From positions 1-64,000 of the IMG/VR virus record IMGVR_UViG_2663763243_000005: a stretch of DNA of 64,000 bases. The stretch is one strand, 5' to 3'. Made by a program: the position numbers and the translations under genes. The notes under the pieces are model-generated. The model had not been told where the DNA came from and made no database searches. It was given only the letters and a program-made list of their open reading frames with translations. Shown piece by piece: positions 18,299 to 28,348 of the stretch. The stretch's first letter is position 1; each line of letters opens with the position of its first letter. This DNA is from a virus. Taxonomy: Duplodnaviria > Caudoviricetes.

Positions 18299-18979
18299 CT
18301 ATTGCGGCCCATCAGTGCGATCATTGCCGCGTTGCACGCCGCCGTGGTCGTGGTCGCCAACTTCCAGCTCGCCAATCGCCAAGCCACCTTGAGTGACCTC
18401 AGTACGGCCATTAAGGGTGGTTTGCCCATTATTGGTAAACTCTGGGCCGCTATAGCTCATGCCAGATTCGGTAAGCGCCAATGTGGTACCGCCAGCCGTC
18501 AAAGTCATTCCACTATCAGTAAGGTGAATGCGCACCCCGCCACTTTTGTTACTTAAACCAATCCCCTCGGTCGGCAAGCCCGCAATCGCGGTTTGTTGTG
18601 AGCGGTAACCAGGGGCAAAGAAAGCATCGGACGGATTAAACATCCGTGCATCCAGTGGTGCTACCGGCCCGCCCTGACTGAGCCAATTATCGATAGAACG
18701 CTGGCTGAAATGAATATAGCCCTCGGTACCCGCTGGCAGCTCATGAAAAACCGTCCATTCGGCACTGCCAGAAAATTGCACCGGCACATGTTCGATAACG
18801 GGCAGTGTCTTAAATTGACCGTCACCGATATGACGCTGAATGCCACACTCCACCACTGCGCGTTGTAGATCGGCGTTATAGCTAATGACCTTGCCGGGCA
18901 TGCCGATCATCAAGTCACGCACCGTATCGCGCTTGAGCAGCATCATGGTGGTATACAGCGGGTTGCTCTCAATCATCAT
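18299..18979 (-). CDS. Baseplate spike (Gp138-like)
   Basis: PGKVISY, G.EG..HFSQRSIDNW, C-terminal HDHGGVQRG. Confidence 0.85.
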   Translation of the reverse strand: MMIESNPLYTTMMLLKRDTVRDLMIGMPGKVISYNADLQRAVVECGIQRHIGDGQFKTLPVIEHVPVQFSGSAEWTVFHELPAGTEGYIHFSQRSIDNWLSQGGPVAPLDARMFNPSDAFFAPGYRSQQTAIAGLPTEGIGLSNKSGGVRIHLTDSGMTLTAGGTTLALTESGMSYSGPEFTNNGQTTLNGRTEVTQGGLAIGELEVGDHDHGGVQRGNDRTDGPQ

Positions 18980-18983
18980 TACC

Positions 18984-19877
18984 TCAGGGCATGCGCCATT
19001 GACTGATCAGCGTAGTTTTCCACGTGTCACCCCATAGAGTGCCTTCGTGGTATGTACGCAACACATTAAACTGGCCGGTCTGCTGCTGAATATTCGCCAG
19101 ATTATTAAGGTCGGTGTTATACATGCCGCTGAAATTGATCGTCCAAAAGCTCGACGTAACATTAATTACATCAGCCGGCTGAATTTGATGATTCATTTTA
19201 ACGTCAATTTCCATTGTGCTTAGATACCAGCGAGGCACCCCCTCCATGCCGTTCTGAGCGGTTATATCGTGGGTTACCCCTTTTCTTGCTGCTCCTTCTC
19301 TACCCAATAAAACGCGTGTTGGCGTTAGCATCCAGTAATATTTCCAGTCCTCCCGTAAGGCATTCAAAATATCGCGGCACAGTCGACCACCTGCATTATA
19401 GGAAAAGGCAAAACGGGGAAGGTCTGAGAAATCACCAATCACTTCAACATCAAGACCAAATTCACCTGCGACATCTTTCAGCATTTTTATGGCGGGAGTA
19501 TTGGCTCCCCATACTTTAAAACTGGCAGTATTCCATGCCAGCCCAATCGTGCGGCAATATAACCGCAGGCAGGTATTTACCCCCTCTTTGACCACTTCGA
19601 CATTGTGAATCCGTCCGCTGAATATCGTGCCGATGTTGTCGCCATAACCAGCTTTTAATACCAGGTTGCCATAACGTTTTTCTTTATCGTCATAGCGCTG
19701 AATCAAGGCGCGGGTGCGCGCTGAAATACCGTAAAGAGTGATTCTGGCAGTAGCATCGACATTCTGCGGGGTATTATCGACGGCAAAGCGGATCTCTAAT
19801 GGCGGCTGATAGGTAAGTTCATCGCCACTCACTGGGGTAATAGTCAGTAAGTAATTGCGGCCAAAATAACTACTCAT
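18984..19877 (-). CDS. Baseplate hub protein
   Basis: LKAGYGDNIGTIFSG; position in the tail operon. Confidence 0.8.
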   Translation of the reverse strand: MSSYFGRNYLLTITPVSGDELTYQPPLEIRFAVDNTPQNVDATARITLYGISARTRALIQRYDDKEKRYGNLVLKAGYGDNIGTIFSGRIHNVEVVKEGVNTCLRLYCRTIGLAWNTASFKVWGANTPAIKMLKDVAGEFGLDVEVIGDFSDLPRFAFSYNAGGRLCRDILNALREDWKYYWMLTPTRVLLGREGAARKGVTHDITAQNGMEGVPRWYLSTMEIDVKMNHQIQPADVINVTSSFWTINFSGMYNTDLNNLANIQQQTGQFNVLRTYHEGTLWGDTWKTTLISQWRMP

Positions 19878-20160
19878 TATCGGGATACCATGTCAGGCGA
19901 TTATTAATACCAAGATTGGCGATAGTCGGGGTCTCCCCGGCTAATATCAGCGGGCCAATATCGGTATTAAGTCCCGCCAATAAATTAACGCCAATATGCA
20001 AAGCACGTCCCAAAACTACCGGTTCGCCCTGCTCATAAATATCGACGCAGAAATAATTAAAACGGGTGAGCCAGTGCAGACGAAAAACCAAATAGTGATT
20101 ATTTAATTGCACTCGGAAACGCTGCACCGCGTAACCATTGTTTAATGGGATAATCTTCAT
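19870..20160 (-). CDS. Baseplate/tail-tip small protein
   Basis: Position and size in the tail operon; overlapping start/stop codons. Confidence 0.7.
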   Translation of the reverse strand: MKIIPLNNGYAVQRFRVQLNNHYLVFRLHWLTRFNYFCVDIYEQGEPVVLGRALHIGVNLLAGLNTDIGPLILAGETPTIANLGINNRLTWYPDNE

Positions 20161-20828
20161 TACGTGGCCTCAACAAAAACTTCACCAAATGAGTATTCAC
20201 GTTGCCCCTGAGTGGCAGCACTATCGCCATAAGGTAAGTTGTCATTGGTTTCAGCGACCGTGTCGTAAATAATATTGAGCTGCAACAGTTCAACCACAAT
20301 CTCTAACCCGCCCTCATTCTCTTTTTTCAATTGGGTGCGGGTATTGGTGATCAGGCAATTTTTATAGGCTGCTCCCCGGCTGGCCACTAATTCAAACGGC
20401 GTATGTGAGCGCTGCAACTCACGCAATTGCTCGAGTAAATTTTGCGAACGGGTTGAGCGCGATTGTGATCCCAAGCCGCCGGAATACAAACTGGTGCCAA
20501 CCGAAGCAGCCACTCCTGCCAGCGCCGCCGCTCGGCCAGAAAGCAAACTGGCCGCCATACCAGTAGTGATACTGGCTCCGGCCCCCAGTAGTCCGGCAAT
20601 GCTGTTATCTTGCTGGGCCAGCAGTTCACGAAACCAGTTATCGGACACACCGATAATCATGGTTAGCGCCAGCGCACGCGTCACGGCGTTATCATGAGCG
20701 GTATTGGCATCCTCCAGTGGAAACTCACTGACATCAGTGCGCAGCTCGCTCGACTCTTCCAGTAATGCATCAAAATAGAGATTGCCGATTTTCGGTCGAT
20801 TACGAGTAAATAATCCGGTAATAGCCAT
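20160..20828 (-). CDS. Distal tail / tube-initiator-like baseplate protein
   Basis: FDALLEES..L.TDVSEFPLE.....HD; follows the tape measure gene. Confidence 0.75.
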   Translation of the reverse strand: MAITGLFTRNRPKIGNLYFDALLEESSELRTDVSEFPLEDANTAHDNAVTRALALTMIIGVSDNWFRELLAQQDNSIAGLLGAGASITTGMAASLLSGRAAALAGVAASVGTSLYSGGLGSQSRSTRSQNLLEQLRELQRSHTPFELVASRGAAYKNCLITNTRTQLKKENEGGLEIVVELLQLNIIYDTVAETNDNLPYGDSAATQGQREYSFGEVFVEAT

Positions 20829-22492
20829 CAGTAGTGCTCCGTATGCATCATGTCGCGCGCTTGCTGGGCCAGTTGAGTGGTGGCCTGTAGCACCCCGTCA
20901 CGGATGGATTCACTATCACCGCCCACGGTACCCACATGGATAATGTTGTGTTGTTCCAGTCTGACATCACCACGGGCAGCGGATGCGGTGACTGCTTGCA
21001 TAGGGGTTGTTTGGCGGTCGCTGTAGCCCTGAATCTCTTCCCATGAACGTTTTGGCTGAGCGTAATTTGATGATGGCAGCGAGGCCCATACACCACCCAA
21101 TCCACTAGTGGCATCCGCAAAATTACCGTTCGTCACATTTTCTAGCTGACCGGCACGTTGAATCAGAAACAGCGCGGCGAGATCCTGACTGCGTGGTGAA
21201 AAGTCGGTCAGATTAAGCGCTTTGGCGGCATCATCCCAAGAGCTGCTGGTGAACTGATAGCGCCCAGCAGCCGAGGTTTTATTTTTAGTGCCGTCTGTTT
21301 GGGTGAAATCTTTTAATTGCCGTGGGTGGTCACTGTTGTCATAGAATTGGTCGCCACCAAACATCGTGTTATAGCCAGAATTGGCATAACTGGCAGTTCC
21401 CTCGGCATTGGATAGCACATCCAGATACTGCCGAACGTTGGGATCATCAACCAGATTATTAAGGTCACTGCTATCACTGGGGTAAGGCACGCCGGGGTTA
21501 TTTTTAGCCCAGTTCTGGCGTTTGAGTGCTTCGGGATTACTCATGGCTTTGGCATCGTCGGCGCTTGTAAAAATATTACCGGGCGTTAATGCCGCCGCTG
21601 CGCCGATGGTAACCGGATTGACCAGCAAGCGTGACAACCAGCCACGCCCACCAGCAGCACCTGCGGGTGGCTTACCACCGCCAGGTAGCATGCCGCCGAC
21701 AAACTTTACTGCACCAGCGGTACCGGCCAGCCCGGCAGCAGTCAGAATCGCTTTTGACACTTCGGGATTTTCTTTAATAAACTGATTAATACTTTCTAAT
21801 AACGCATTGATGATTGGCAGTAAGTCGCCACCCATTGAACGGGCCAGATTGTCAAAGTTAGTCGCCAGATCCGCCATCTCTTTATTAAACTCGTTGGCTG
21901 AGTCAATAAGCTTGGGATCGAGCGGTTTATATAACTCTTCAAAATTTTTCAGTGAGGCATTAAGCCCCTTGCTGCCGCCTTCCAATAAGCGGGTAAAAGG
22001 ATCATTATCACCGCTGCCAATTCCACTGCGCAAATTTCGCCGCTGGTCATTATCCATTTTGCCGTAAGCATCTATAAGATACTTGAGCGAGTCCATGCCG
22101 GTTTTATTGGCAAATTCAGTCGGGTTAAACGCACCATTCCAATAGGCTTTATCGCCTAACTCCCCTTGTCTGGCACGCTGTTGCAGGTCAGGGATTTTCT
22201 GCACAATCTGATTCGCCGCATCCGGACTAAGACCAAGACTGCGCATCGCATAACGTAGGCCGTCAATCTGCTTGACGGTAAAGTTGGTAATCCTACTCAG
22301 CCTGTCCATTTCTAATACTGAGGCAGATAAATCAGCAGTCAGGGCTTTTAAGCCAACACCGGTACCGGCGGCAGCGGCCAGTTGCAATATTCCGTCTTTA
22401 ATTCCTTTAACGGCATCATTGGCGGTTTGAAAGCTCTTTGCATCTGTTTCCAGGCCAAGGGAAACCAATAGAGAATCAATTGTCTCTGACAT
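20828..22492 (-). CDS. Tape measure protein with lambda-R-like muramidase domain
   Basis: N-terminal TIDSLLVSLG; C-terminal AEGT..YNTMFGG...SAAGRYQF...W...DFSPRSQD..A. Confidence 0.85.
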   Translation of the reverse strand: MSETIDSLLVSLGLETDAKSFQTANDAVKGIKDGILQLAAAAGTGVGLKALTADLSASVLEMDRLSRITNFTVKQIDGLRYAMRSLGLSPDAANQIVQKIPDLQQRARQGELGDKAYWNGAFNPTEFANKTGMDSLKYLIDAYGKMDNDQRRNLRSGIGSGDNDPFTRLLEGGSKGLNASLKNFEELYKPLDPKLIDSANEFNKEMADLATNFDNLARSMGGDLLPIINALLESINQFIKENPEVSKAILTAAGLAGTAGAVKFVGGMLPGGGKPPAGAAGGRGWLSRLLVNPVTIGAAAALTPGNIFTSADDAKAMSNPEALKRQNWAKNNPGVPYPSDSSDLNNLVDDPNVRQYLDVLSNAEGTASYANSGYNTMFGGDQFYDNSDHPRQLKDFTQTDGTKNKTSAAGRYQFTSSSWDDAAKALNLTDFSPRSQDLAALFLIQRAGQLENVTNGNFADATSGLGGVWASLPSSNYAQPKRSWEEIQGYSDRQTTPMQAVTASAARGDVRLEQHNIIHVGTVGGDSESIRDGVLQATTQLAQQARDMMHTEHY

Positions 22493-22566
22493 GGAAACCT
22501 CATATTTTAGGTATAAAAAAACCCACGCAGTGGCGGGTTTGATGTTAATTCAGGGAAGTAGAAAAG

Positions 22567-22589
22567 CAAAAACCCGCCGGAGCGGGTTT
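22567..22589 (-). terminator. Terminator after YafO moron
   Basis: AAACCCGC-TCCG-GCGGGTTTT on the minus strand; a second hairpin lies at ~22515-22540. Confidence 0.7.
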
Positions 22590-22590
22590 A

Positions 22591-23034
22591 CTAGATCTCT
22601 TGCGAAAATTTCCTTGCATACTCTGCAAGTATTCTCATCCTATCGTAATTTTTTGCCTTATCATGCGCAGGCGGCGTAAAGACAGCAATTAGCGAGTAAC
22701 TATTTTCATCAATTAACCCTTTGGCATATACCAAGGCTGTGTCTGATGTTCTGTACCACTGTAAGACTTGCTGGTCATTAAGATTGGCTGATTTTGGTGG
22801 AGCCTTGAATTTATCATCGCCCAACTCCAAGTGAATATGCCCAAGGCCTGAGTCTTGAATATCATCAGGCCTATCATAAACAGTATCACGGCCAAAATAG
22901 TCTGGTAACTTACCAGTAGATTTGTAAATTATGAAATCATCTAAAAGAGATTGTTTCAGTGATGGAAAATCCACAAACACCGATGAAAGATAATACTCAA
23001 AGCTGTGAGGGTTATAATCAGCGGTTATGTGCAA
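22591..23034 (-). CDS. YafO family toxin (mRNA interferase)
   Basis: DDF..YK.TG.LPDYFGRD..YDRP, HIHL, RTSDTALVY, AH..A. Confidence 0.85.
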   Translation of the reverse strand: MHITADYNPHSFEYYLSSVFVDFPSLKQSLLDDFIIYKSTGKLPDYFGRDTVYDRPDDIQDSGLGHIHLELGDDKFKAPPKSANLNDQQVLQWYRTSDTALVYAKGLIDENSYSLIAVFTPPAHDKAKNYDRMRILAEYARKFSQEI

Positions 23035-23042
23035 TTTTTGCC

Positions 23043-23615
23043 TCAGTGGAATCGACCGGACACAAATACTTCAGTACCGTGCTTTGCAAGCGCACGCAGA
23101 GCATCCTTATCGATACTACTGATAAATACTTCAACCGGCTTAGTCATCTGGTTTATCAAATGATTTAGCTTAGCTGCTGACGCCCTCGCCTGCGCTATAA
23201 CCAGCAGGGGTTCCTTAACGAATTGGCGTTTATCTTCAGCGCATCCATTATAGACATTTTTGATAGCCCCTTCTAACCCACGTAACTGAAGCTCAATAAG
23301 ATCAGTTTGTACCGGGTCAAGCTGTTTAATGCAAAAATCACGTTCAGATTCAGCAGAGTTCAGTAACAGAGCATAAGCCTTATTCAGGGTCTTCGTAAGA
23401 CCTTTGATGAAGCCCAAGGCTTCACTCATCATCAGATCTCTAGCCTGGCGATTATCTTCGGCGCTCAAATTATGACCATATGGAACATCATAAAGTCGCC
23501 CGACTTCAGGACAATACATCGCTGACGCCTGGTGCATTAGCAAGCCAACTGCGGCGGTGGTCTTGAAGGTATCAAAAAATGGCATTTTTCTTCTTAGTGC
23601 GTTTTCATTATGCAT
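23043..23615 (-). CDS. Hypothetical protein, candidate antitoxin of YafO
   Basis: 190 aa, 8 bp upstream of YafO, GAGGAGG RBS; not Phd/YafN-like. Confidence 0.7.
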   Translation of the reverse strand: MHNENALRRKMPFFDTFKTTAAVGLLMHQASAMYCPEVGRLYDVPYGHNLSAEDNRQARDLMMSEALGFIKGLTKTLNKAYALLLNSAESERDFCIKQLDPVQTDLIELQLRGLEGAIKNVYNGCAEDKRQFVKEPLLVIAQARASAAKLNHLINQMTKPVEVFISSIDKDALRALAKHGTEVFVSGRFH

Positions 23616-23976
23616 AGCGTCCTCCTCACATTACAGGAGTACCTCTGACAAAAAACCAAAACAACGATGGTTTGGATAATTTATATAACTACGGTTGTTG
23701 ACAATGAGTGTATAGCTCAAGCTATATCTAATCAACTTTATGTTGCTTTCTTATGCCGTTTATAGCTCGACATCAAACCGTGAAAAGGTGCCAAAATGAG
23801 TGGGTAGGTATACACATTCGCTTTTATGGCCTCTCACAAACGCCTTATAGCTCGTTTAAATGGCTATCAATTTTATGTTTTATTTTATGCTGTTTTTTGG
23901 TCACGCTAAGGCCTCTGTTAGCTTTTACGCAATCTACGACATAACTATCGGCGCACAGATGAGCCAGAAAGAAAAA

Positions 23977-24186
23977 CTAACTACCACCCACCCCCCTTTC
24001 CACCACCGCCGCAATTTCATCCAGCACTTCATGCATCAGTTGCACATCATCAATGGTGTAAGTGCCATCCAGCATATCAGACCACCTTGCCAGTGGCGGG
24101 CAGTGTTGCCCGGCACCGGCGCAAGGTCGCCATAAAAACCAGTCTACGCGGGAGGGTGCTGCGGATTGTTTTCCGCGCTTTTTCCC
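23977..24186 (-). CDS. Tail assembly chaperone, -1 frameshift extension (gpGT-like)
   Basis: Slippery G GGA AAA at 24180-24186, in frame in the upstream chaperone; the -1 frame reads KRGKQSAAPSRVDWFLWRP. Confidence 0.75.
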   Translation of the reverse strand, partial: GKKRGKQSAAPSRVDWFLWRPCAGAGQHCPPLARWSDMLDGTYTIDDVQLMHEVLDEIAAVVERGVGGS

Positions 24187-24533
24187 TCGCCGCTGAGTTG
24201 CCAAAAAGGGCCGATATTTTCCCTCAGTACCTGCCCCAGCAATACCAGGTAATTATGGGCTTCATCTTGGAACAGGTTTTCGCCCACCGGGATGTTATCG
24301 GATTGGCGAACGATGCTACCGCTGTTAAAACACAGCTCTTTCAAGCGGTTTAAGCTCATCATATCGACGGAAGCTAAACTGGCCGCCATACCCATTGCGG
24401 TGACATTGGGATTGATCGCCGGTAACAAACCAGACTTAGCGGCGATTTGCAGCATTTCCACTTGATCTTTGGCCGGTGATGTTGCCCCGCGAAAAAGGGT
24501 GTCACCGATCACGACTTCAATTTGACGCCCCAT
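24144..24533 (-). CDS. Tail assembly chaperone (gpG-like)
   Basis: Between tube and tape measure; ends with the slippery site. Confidence 0.8.
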   Translation of the reverse strand: MGRQIEVVIGDTLFRGATSPAKDQVEMLQIAAKSGLLPAINPNVTAMGMAASLASVDMMSLNRLKELCFNSGSIVRQSDNIPVGENLFQDEAHNYLVLLGQVLRENIGPFWQLSGEGKSAENNPQHPPA

Positions 24534-24535
24534 AA

Positions 24536-24940
24536 TTAGGTTTCCTCTGAGTCAGCAAATTCAAAAATAAATTGTTCATCCGATACACCACTTTTTCCGG
24601 CGCGGGTAGCTGAGCCACGGTTAGTCATGATGCCGTCGAACCCGGCAAAGCGTTCATCAGTGCCGGTCTGTGAAAAGGTAAAGGTGGCATCAATGCCGGA
24701 TTTCTCCACCGCCAATAACTGCCGCGCCTGCACCGAACCGGGGATCAGGTTGATGATCAAGCGTTTGGCGCGGGTTTTATTGTCCAGCCGTACTGACGTG
24801 CCGCCGATACCGCGTTTTAGCGCGGCGCGGGGTTCTAAATCTTCAATGGTGATCGGTGGGTCGGTATCACCAAAATCATCAATCGGGATACCAAAGACGG
24901 TGAGGTTAGAACCATCAGCGCCGTATCTGTGCATGGTCAT
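24536..24940 (-). CDS. Tail tube protein
   Basis: 134 aa directly after the sheath gene. Confidence 0.8.
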   Translation of the reverse strand: MTMHRYGADGSNLTVFGIPIDDFGDTDPPITIEDLEPRAALKRGIGGTSVRLDNKTRAKRLIINLIPGSVQARQLLAVEKSGIDATFTFSQTGTDERFAGFDGIMTNRGSATRAGKSGVSDEQFIFEFADSEET

Positions 24941-24946
24941 AAGGGA

Positions 24947-26104
24947 TTACTCCACGGTGGCATTGATTTCAGCGATATGACCGGCACGGCCTAAAATCAC
25001 TAACAGGGTGGTTAACGGGTAAACGCGTTTTTTGCGTTGGTCGGAGGTCAGTGAAAGGACATCTTCAGGGCGCGAACGGATAACAAAACCAAAGTCAGCC
25101 ACTTTAGTCATACCATCATCGGGATCAACATAAGAGCCTGTACCCAGCACACCATTGTTGAAAAAGCGTTTGCAGGTAGCAGCAACCGTAGACAACAACC
25201 CGTCATAGTCGCGTGGCGTTAGCGCGCGTTTGGTGCCGACATTGGCGATATAGTTGTAGCCATCCACTTGAATATGGTTTTTCAACACATCCAGATTGAC
25301 CACGTCATCGATAAACTCACCATAGGACGACATCGATTTACTGTTGATCACCCGGCTGTTATCAATTTGCCCCGCCAGTTCAATTTTGGTGAAAAACACT
25401 GCGTTCTTGGCTTTTAAGGCATTGTAAGCACTGGTCGCCATATCATCGCCGATGACTCCTGGTAACACCTGATACTCGCCAGTAATAGCAGTGTTTAGTC
25501 CTGTTGGTCTGAATTTATGGAACGCCGCCGCCAATTGCACCATTGAATAGGCTTGTGTCGGATCGGTAGTGACGGACTCAGCGGTTTTATAACCCGCAAA
25601 CACATGACGGTTGCCTTTGCTTTTGAGCAGTGACACCACATCATCTACCTTGTTCTGGTCAGCAATGTCGTCATCACTAAATGTCCACCAGACCGGATGA
25701 CCATTCGCATCAGACCAGTCGGCCAACTGGAGAATAATGTCATTGCTGGTTAAGTCGCTTGTTTTAAAGAAGTAGTGATAACGCCAAATGCGGTCAGTGG
25801 CGCTATTGACAGTTTCCAACAGCGAATTTTCAACATTCTTCATCCAGACGGTGATTTGTGGCGGTTTGGGAATTTGCGCAAAGTAGCGAGTCGCAATGTG
25901 ATAAATCGGGCTGTCCGTTTGGAAATCAGCACCAAGTTCTGGCAGTGATGCATAGTCGCGGAATGAGTCTGCATCAAACTTTGCCGCTTCTGCTAAGTCT
26001 GACGGATCAGCAAAGGTCAGCGCACTGGAAAAATCACCGTAGCCCAACCCTGCCGCCGTCAGAATAAGATTGACGGGGATAATATTATCAACCGGATAAG
26101 CCAT
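24947..26104 (-). CDS. Tail sheath protein (DUF3383)
   Basis: MAYPVDNIIPV, A..YFAQ.PKP, GEFIDDVVNLD.L, GRAGHIAEI. Confidence 0.85.
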   Translation of the reverse strand: MAYPVDNIIPVNLILTAAGLGYGDFSSALTFADPSDLAEAAKFDADSFRDYASLPELGADFQTDSPIYHIATRYFAQIPKPPQITVWMKNVENSLLETVNSATDRIWRYHYFFKTSDLTSNDIILQLADWSDANGHPVWWTFSDDDIADQNKVDDVVSLLKSKGNRHVFAGYKTAESVTTDPTQAYSMVQLAAAFHKFRPTGLNTAITGEYQVLPGVIGDDMATSAYNALKAKNAVFFTKIELAGQIDNSRVINSKSMSSYGEFIDDVVNLDVLKNHIQVDGYNYIANVGTKRALTPRDYDGLLSTVAATCKRFFNNGVLGTGSYVDPDDGMTKVADFGFVIRSRPEDVLSLTSDQRKKRVYPLTTLLVILGRAGHIAEINATVE

Positions 26105-26648
26105 AAGAGCTGTCTCTTTCTCTAATTTGAATGTCAAACCCTGCGGCGCGTAACAGCGCGTAGGATGCGGTTTTTTCGATGAATAGATGGATGTCAGTCT
26201 GATAGCGCGGCTGTAGTCCGGCTTGTAACAGTCCGGTAAGATTTCGGAAATTGCTGGAGAAACGCCAGGCGATTTTGTGACGGAACAGATAATCACTGAC
26301 GGGCATCAGAAAATTGGCATTGGCTAAATGCATAGCGGCAGTTGCTGCGCCCGTATTGAGCAAATTGACCGACAGCAAAAATTCCATTGAGGTACAGGAC
26401 GTTTCTTGTAGATCTTGCCACTCTTCCCCTAATGCCGGATCAGTTTCAGCAATGGCCGGGATAAATTCGCGCTTGCGCCGCGTTTGCCCATAGGCCCGAA
26501 CCGGCACCGGGTTATAAGTGGCATATAAGCTATTACCGATTGGTGGGTTACGACCTTGGTCGGCTAATACAACTCGATCAAGGGGAACTGCAGCGGCGAG
26601 TGAAATGAGTTGCTGAAATACCGGATACATCTCTTCAATGGTTTCCAT
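26088..26648 (-). CDS. Tail terminator / neck protein
   Basis: Position; ADQG..PP..YAT motif. Confidence 0.7.
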   Translation of the reverse strand: METIEEMYPVFQQLISLAAAVPLDRVVLADQGRNPPIGNSLYATYNPVPVRAYGQTRRKREFIPAIAETDPALGEEWQDLQETSCTSMEFLLSVNLLNTGAATAAMHLANANFLMPVSDYLFRHKIAWRFSSNFRNLTGLLQAGLQPRYQTDIHLFIEKTASYALLRAAGFDIQIRERDSSYGLSG

Positions 26649-27067
26649 CAGTCCGCACCTCGATAGCGTTCAACCAAGGCGCGACAAAAGCTACGCCAAG
26701 GCCGGTTATCGCAAGCCACCACCCGCCATTGCCGCATTACCAGCCCGTCACTGAATTCCAGTAAGTCGCTAAATTTCCCCTCGTCATCAGGCCAGAGATA
26801 ATGCACACCATCGTTGATGTGCACCACTCGCAGATCCTGCGGGTTAGCCGTGCCGCCCATGCCGATCAGCATTTGAATATCTTTCCATTTTGCTGATTGG
26901 ACATTCACCTTCTGCAATTCGGTGACCTGCGGTTCTCCCTGCTGCCAAATACCGCCGGGGCCGCTATAGTCACCGGCAGTCGGTCGAATCAACCGAATAC
27001 CGCCCTCAATAGGCGAATTAAAGGTGGCATCAATATGCCCGTGCATATCCAGACCATTACCGAACAT
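26648..27067 (-). CDS. Head closure / neck protein
   Basis: Position in the head-tail joining cluster. Confidence 0.65.
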   Translation of the reverse strand: MFGNGLDMHGHIDATFNSPIEGGIRLIRPTAGDYSGPGGIWQQGEPQVTELQKVNVQSAKWKDIQMLIGMGGTANPQDLRVVHINDGVHYLWPDDEGKFSDLLEFSDGLVMRQWRVVACDNRPWRSFCRALVERYRGAD

Positions 27068-27069
27068 GA

Positions 27070-27537
27070 TTAATCCTCCACGATATGAGTAAGTGCGCCT
27101 TTTAAATCGCCATGCCTGATAAGCGGTGTTGCCGAGCCTTTAGCTGCTACGGTGGCGTCAGCATTTTTGGGCTGAATACCGGCTTCTATCGCCTCTTGGC
27201 AATAACCCACCGCACGCAGACCAATCTGATCCAGCATTTGGAATGCCGTGATTTCGCCGCGAGTGACCTGCGCCGTCAGCACACGAAAGGCTTTTTTGAT
27301 GTTGTCCTGATTTTGTCGCAGTGGAACGCGCAGAAATGAGCGCTCAGGGATACGCCCGTCAGCTGAGCCAAATTCCTGTACCGCACCAATCACCACAATG
27401 GGAGCACCATCTTCATACACCCCTGTCCCCTCCGGCAGCCCCACCAGCACTCGACGTTTTGCCGTTGCCCGCTGATGGATCTGGCGCAATTTCTGCGCCA
27501 GTTTTGTCCCGCCCCGTACTTCGGCCCGAAGTTTCAT
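27070..27537 (-). CDS. Tail completion / neck protein
   Basis: EFGS..IPERSFLR, P.NA.ATV..KGS..PLI..G.L. Confidence 0.75.
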   Translation of the reverse strand: MKLRAEVRGGTKLAQKLRQIHQRATAKRRVLVGLPEGTGVYEDGAPIVVIGAVQEFGSADGRIPERSFLRVPLRQNQDNIKKAFRVLTAQVTRGEITAFQMLDQIGLRAVGYCQEAIEAGIQPKNADATVAAKGSATPLIRHGDLKGALTHIVED

Positions 27538-27941
27538 ACCATCATGGCCCCGGTACCGGCTCGGCGGCGCAAGCGCAGGAACTCCACCCCGTAGGTGGTC
27601 AGTGGTAAATCACCATTGATATTGAGATCGTCAGCAGTCACCGCCGGAACCGCAAAAGAGGTGGATTCATCACCAACCGATTTTGATGAGATGGCATAAG
27701 CCGCCCCAACATCACCACTGATAGCCCTTTTACGCATCACCAACCGGTGGGCAGCAAAGGCAAACAGGCCACGTTTTTTGATTGATGCCGGGCGGGCATG
27801 ATATTTCAGCCAACGTTGGCCGGTTTCCGAATCGCCCTCCTCCAATGCCTGTATCACTTCGCGCTCAGCCCATAAGGTGGTATCGCTGAACTCCGGGTAA
27901 TACTCGCGAAAGTCAGCCACAATTTGTGCAGTAATATCCAC
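27534..27941 (-). CDS. Head-tail adaptor (DUF4054)
   Basis: FREYYPEF, AHRL, SSKSVGDES.SF, TTYG.EF. Confidence 0.85.
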   Translation of the reverse strand: MDITAQIVADFREYYPEFSDTTLWAEREVIQALEEGDSETGQRWLKYHARPASIKKRGLFAFAAHRLVMRKRAISGDVGAAYAISSKSVGDESTSFAVPAVTADDLNINGDLPLTTYGVEFLRLRRRAGTGAMMV

Positions 27942-27965
27942 ATCTCCCCCTAAAGTAAAAACCCG

Positions 27966-28346
27966 TCACGTGGACGGGTTATCAATGTTATCGGTTTCAT
28001 CCGCTGGGGTTTCTGGCTCCGTGACATCATTCTGCGCCAGCTCGGCTTTTTTGCTATCAATCGCCTTTTGCAAGGTTAACGCTTTAGCCGCCGAGGGTGC
28101 TTTTTTACCAAATAAGGCTTCATATTCATCACGTACCGCAGTGATATCCAGCCCACTATCATCTGCATGCTCATTAAGTGGAGCATCGAATTGTTCGGCG
28201 CGCATCATGCCTGCCTGAGTAAATAAGTGGCGAGTAAAGTTGCCATTCACCGCCGCTGAATGTCCAACAGCAATAGTGATGCGCTGGCCGGTTTCCTCAT
28301 CGGTCACCGTCAGCGGTGATGTGTGCAAGTTAGTGAGTTCAAACAT
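27966..28346 (-). CDS. Phage hypothetical protein after capsid gene
   Basis: ORF in operon; YEALFGKKA small helical motif. Confidence 0.7.
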   Translation of the reverse strand: MFELTNLHTSPLTVTDEETGQRITIAVGHSAAVNGNFTRHLFTQAGMMRAEQFDAPLNEHADDSGLDITAVRDEYEALFGKKAPSAAKALTLQKAIDSKKAELAQNDVTEPETPADETDNIDNPST

Positions 28347-28348
28347 GA

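Noticed and set aside
24947-26296. 449-aa sheath as given in the ORF track, and similar long starts (760, 16095, 38768, 41870, 40840)
   Set aside because: The extensions overlap upstream genes or lack an RBS; downstream ATGs fit family N-termini.
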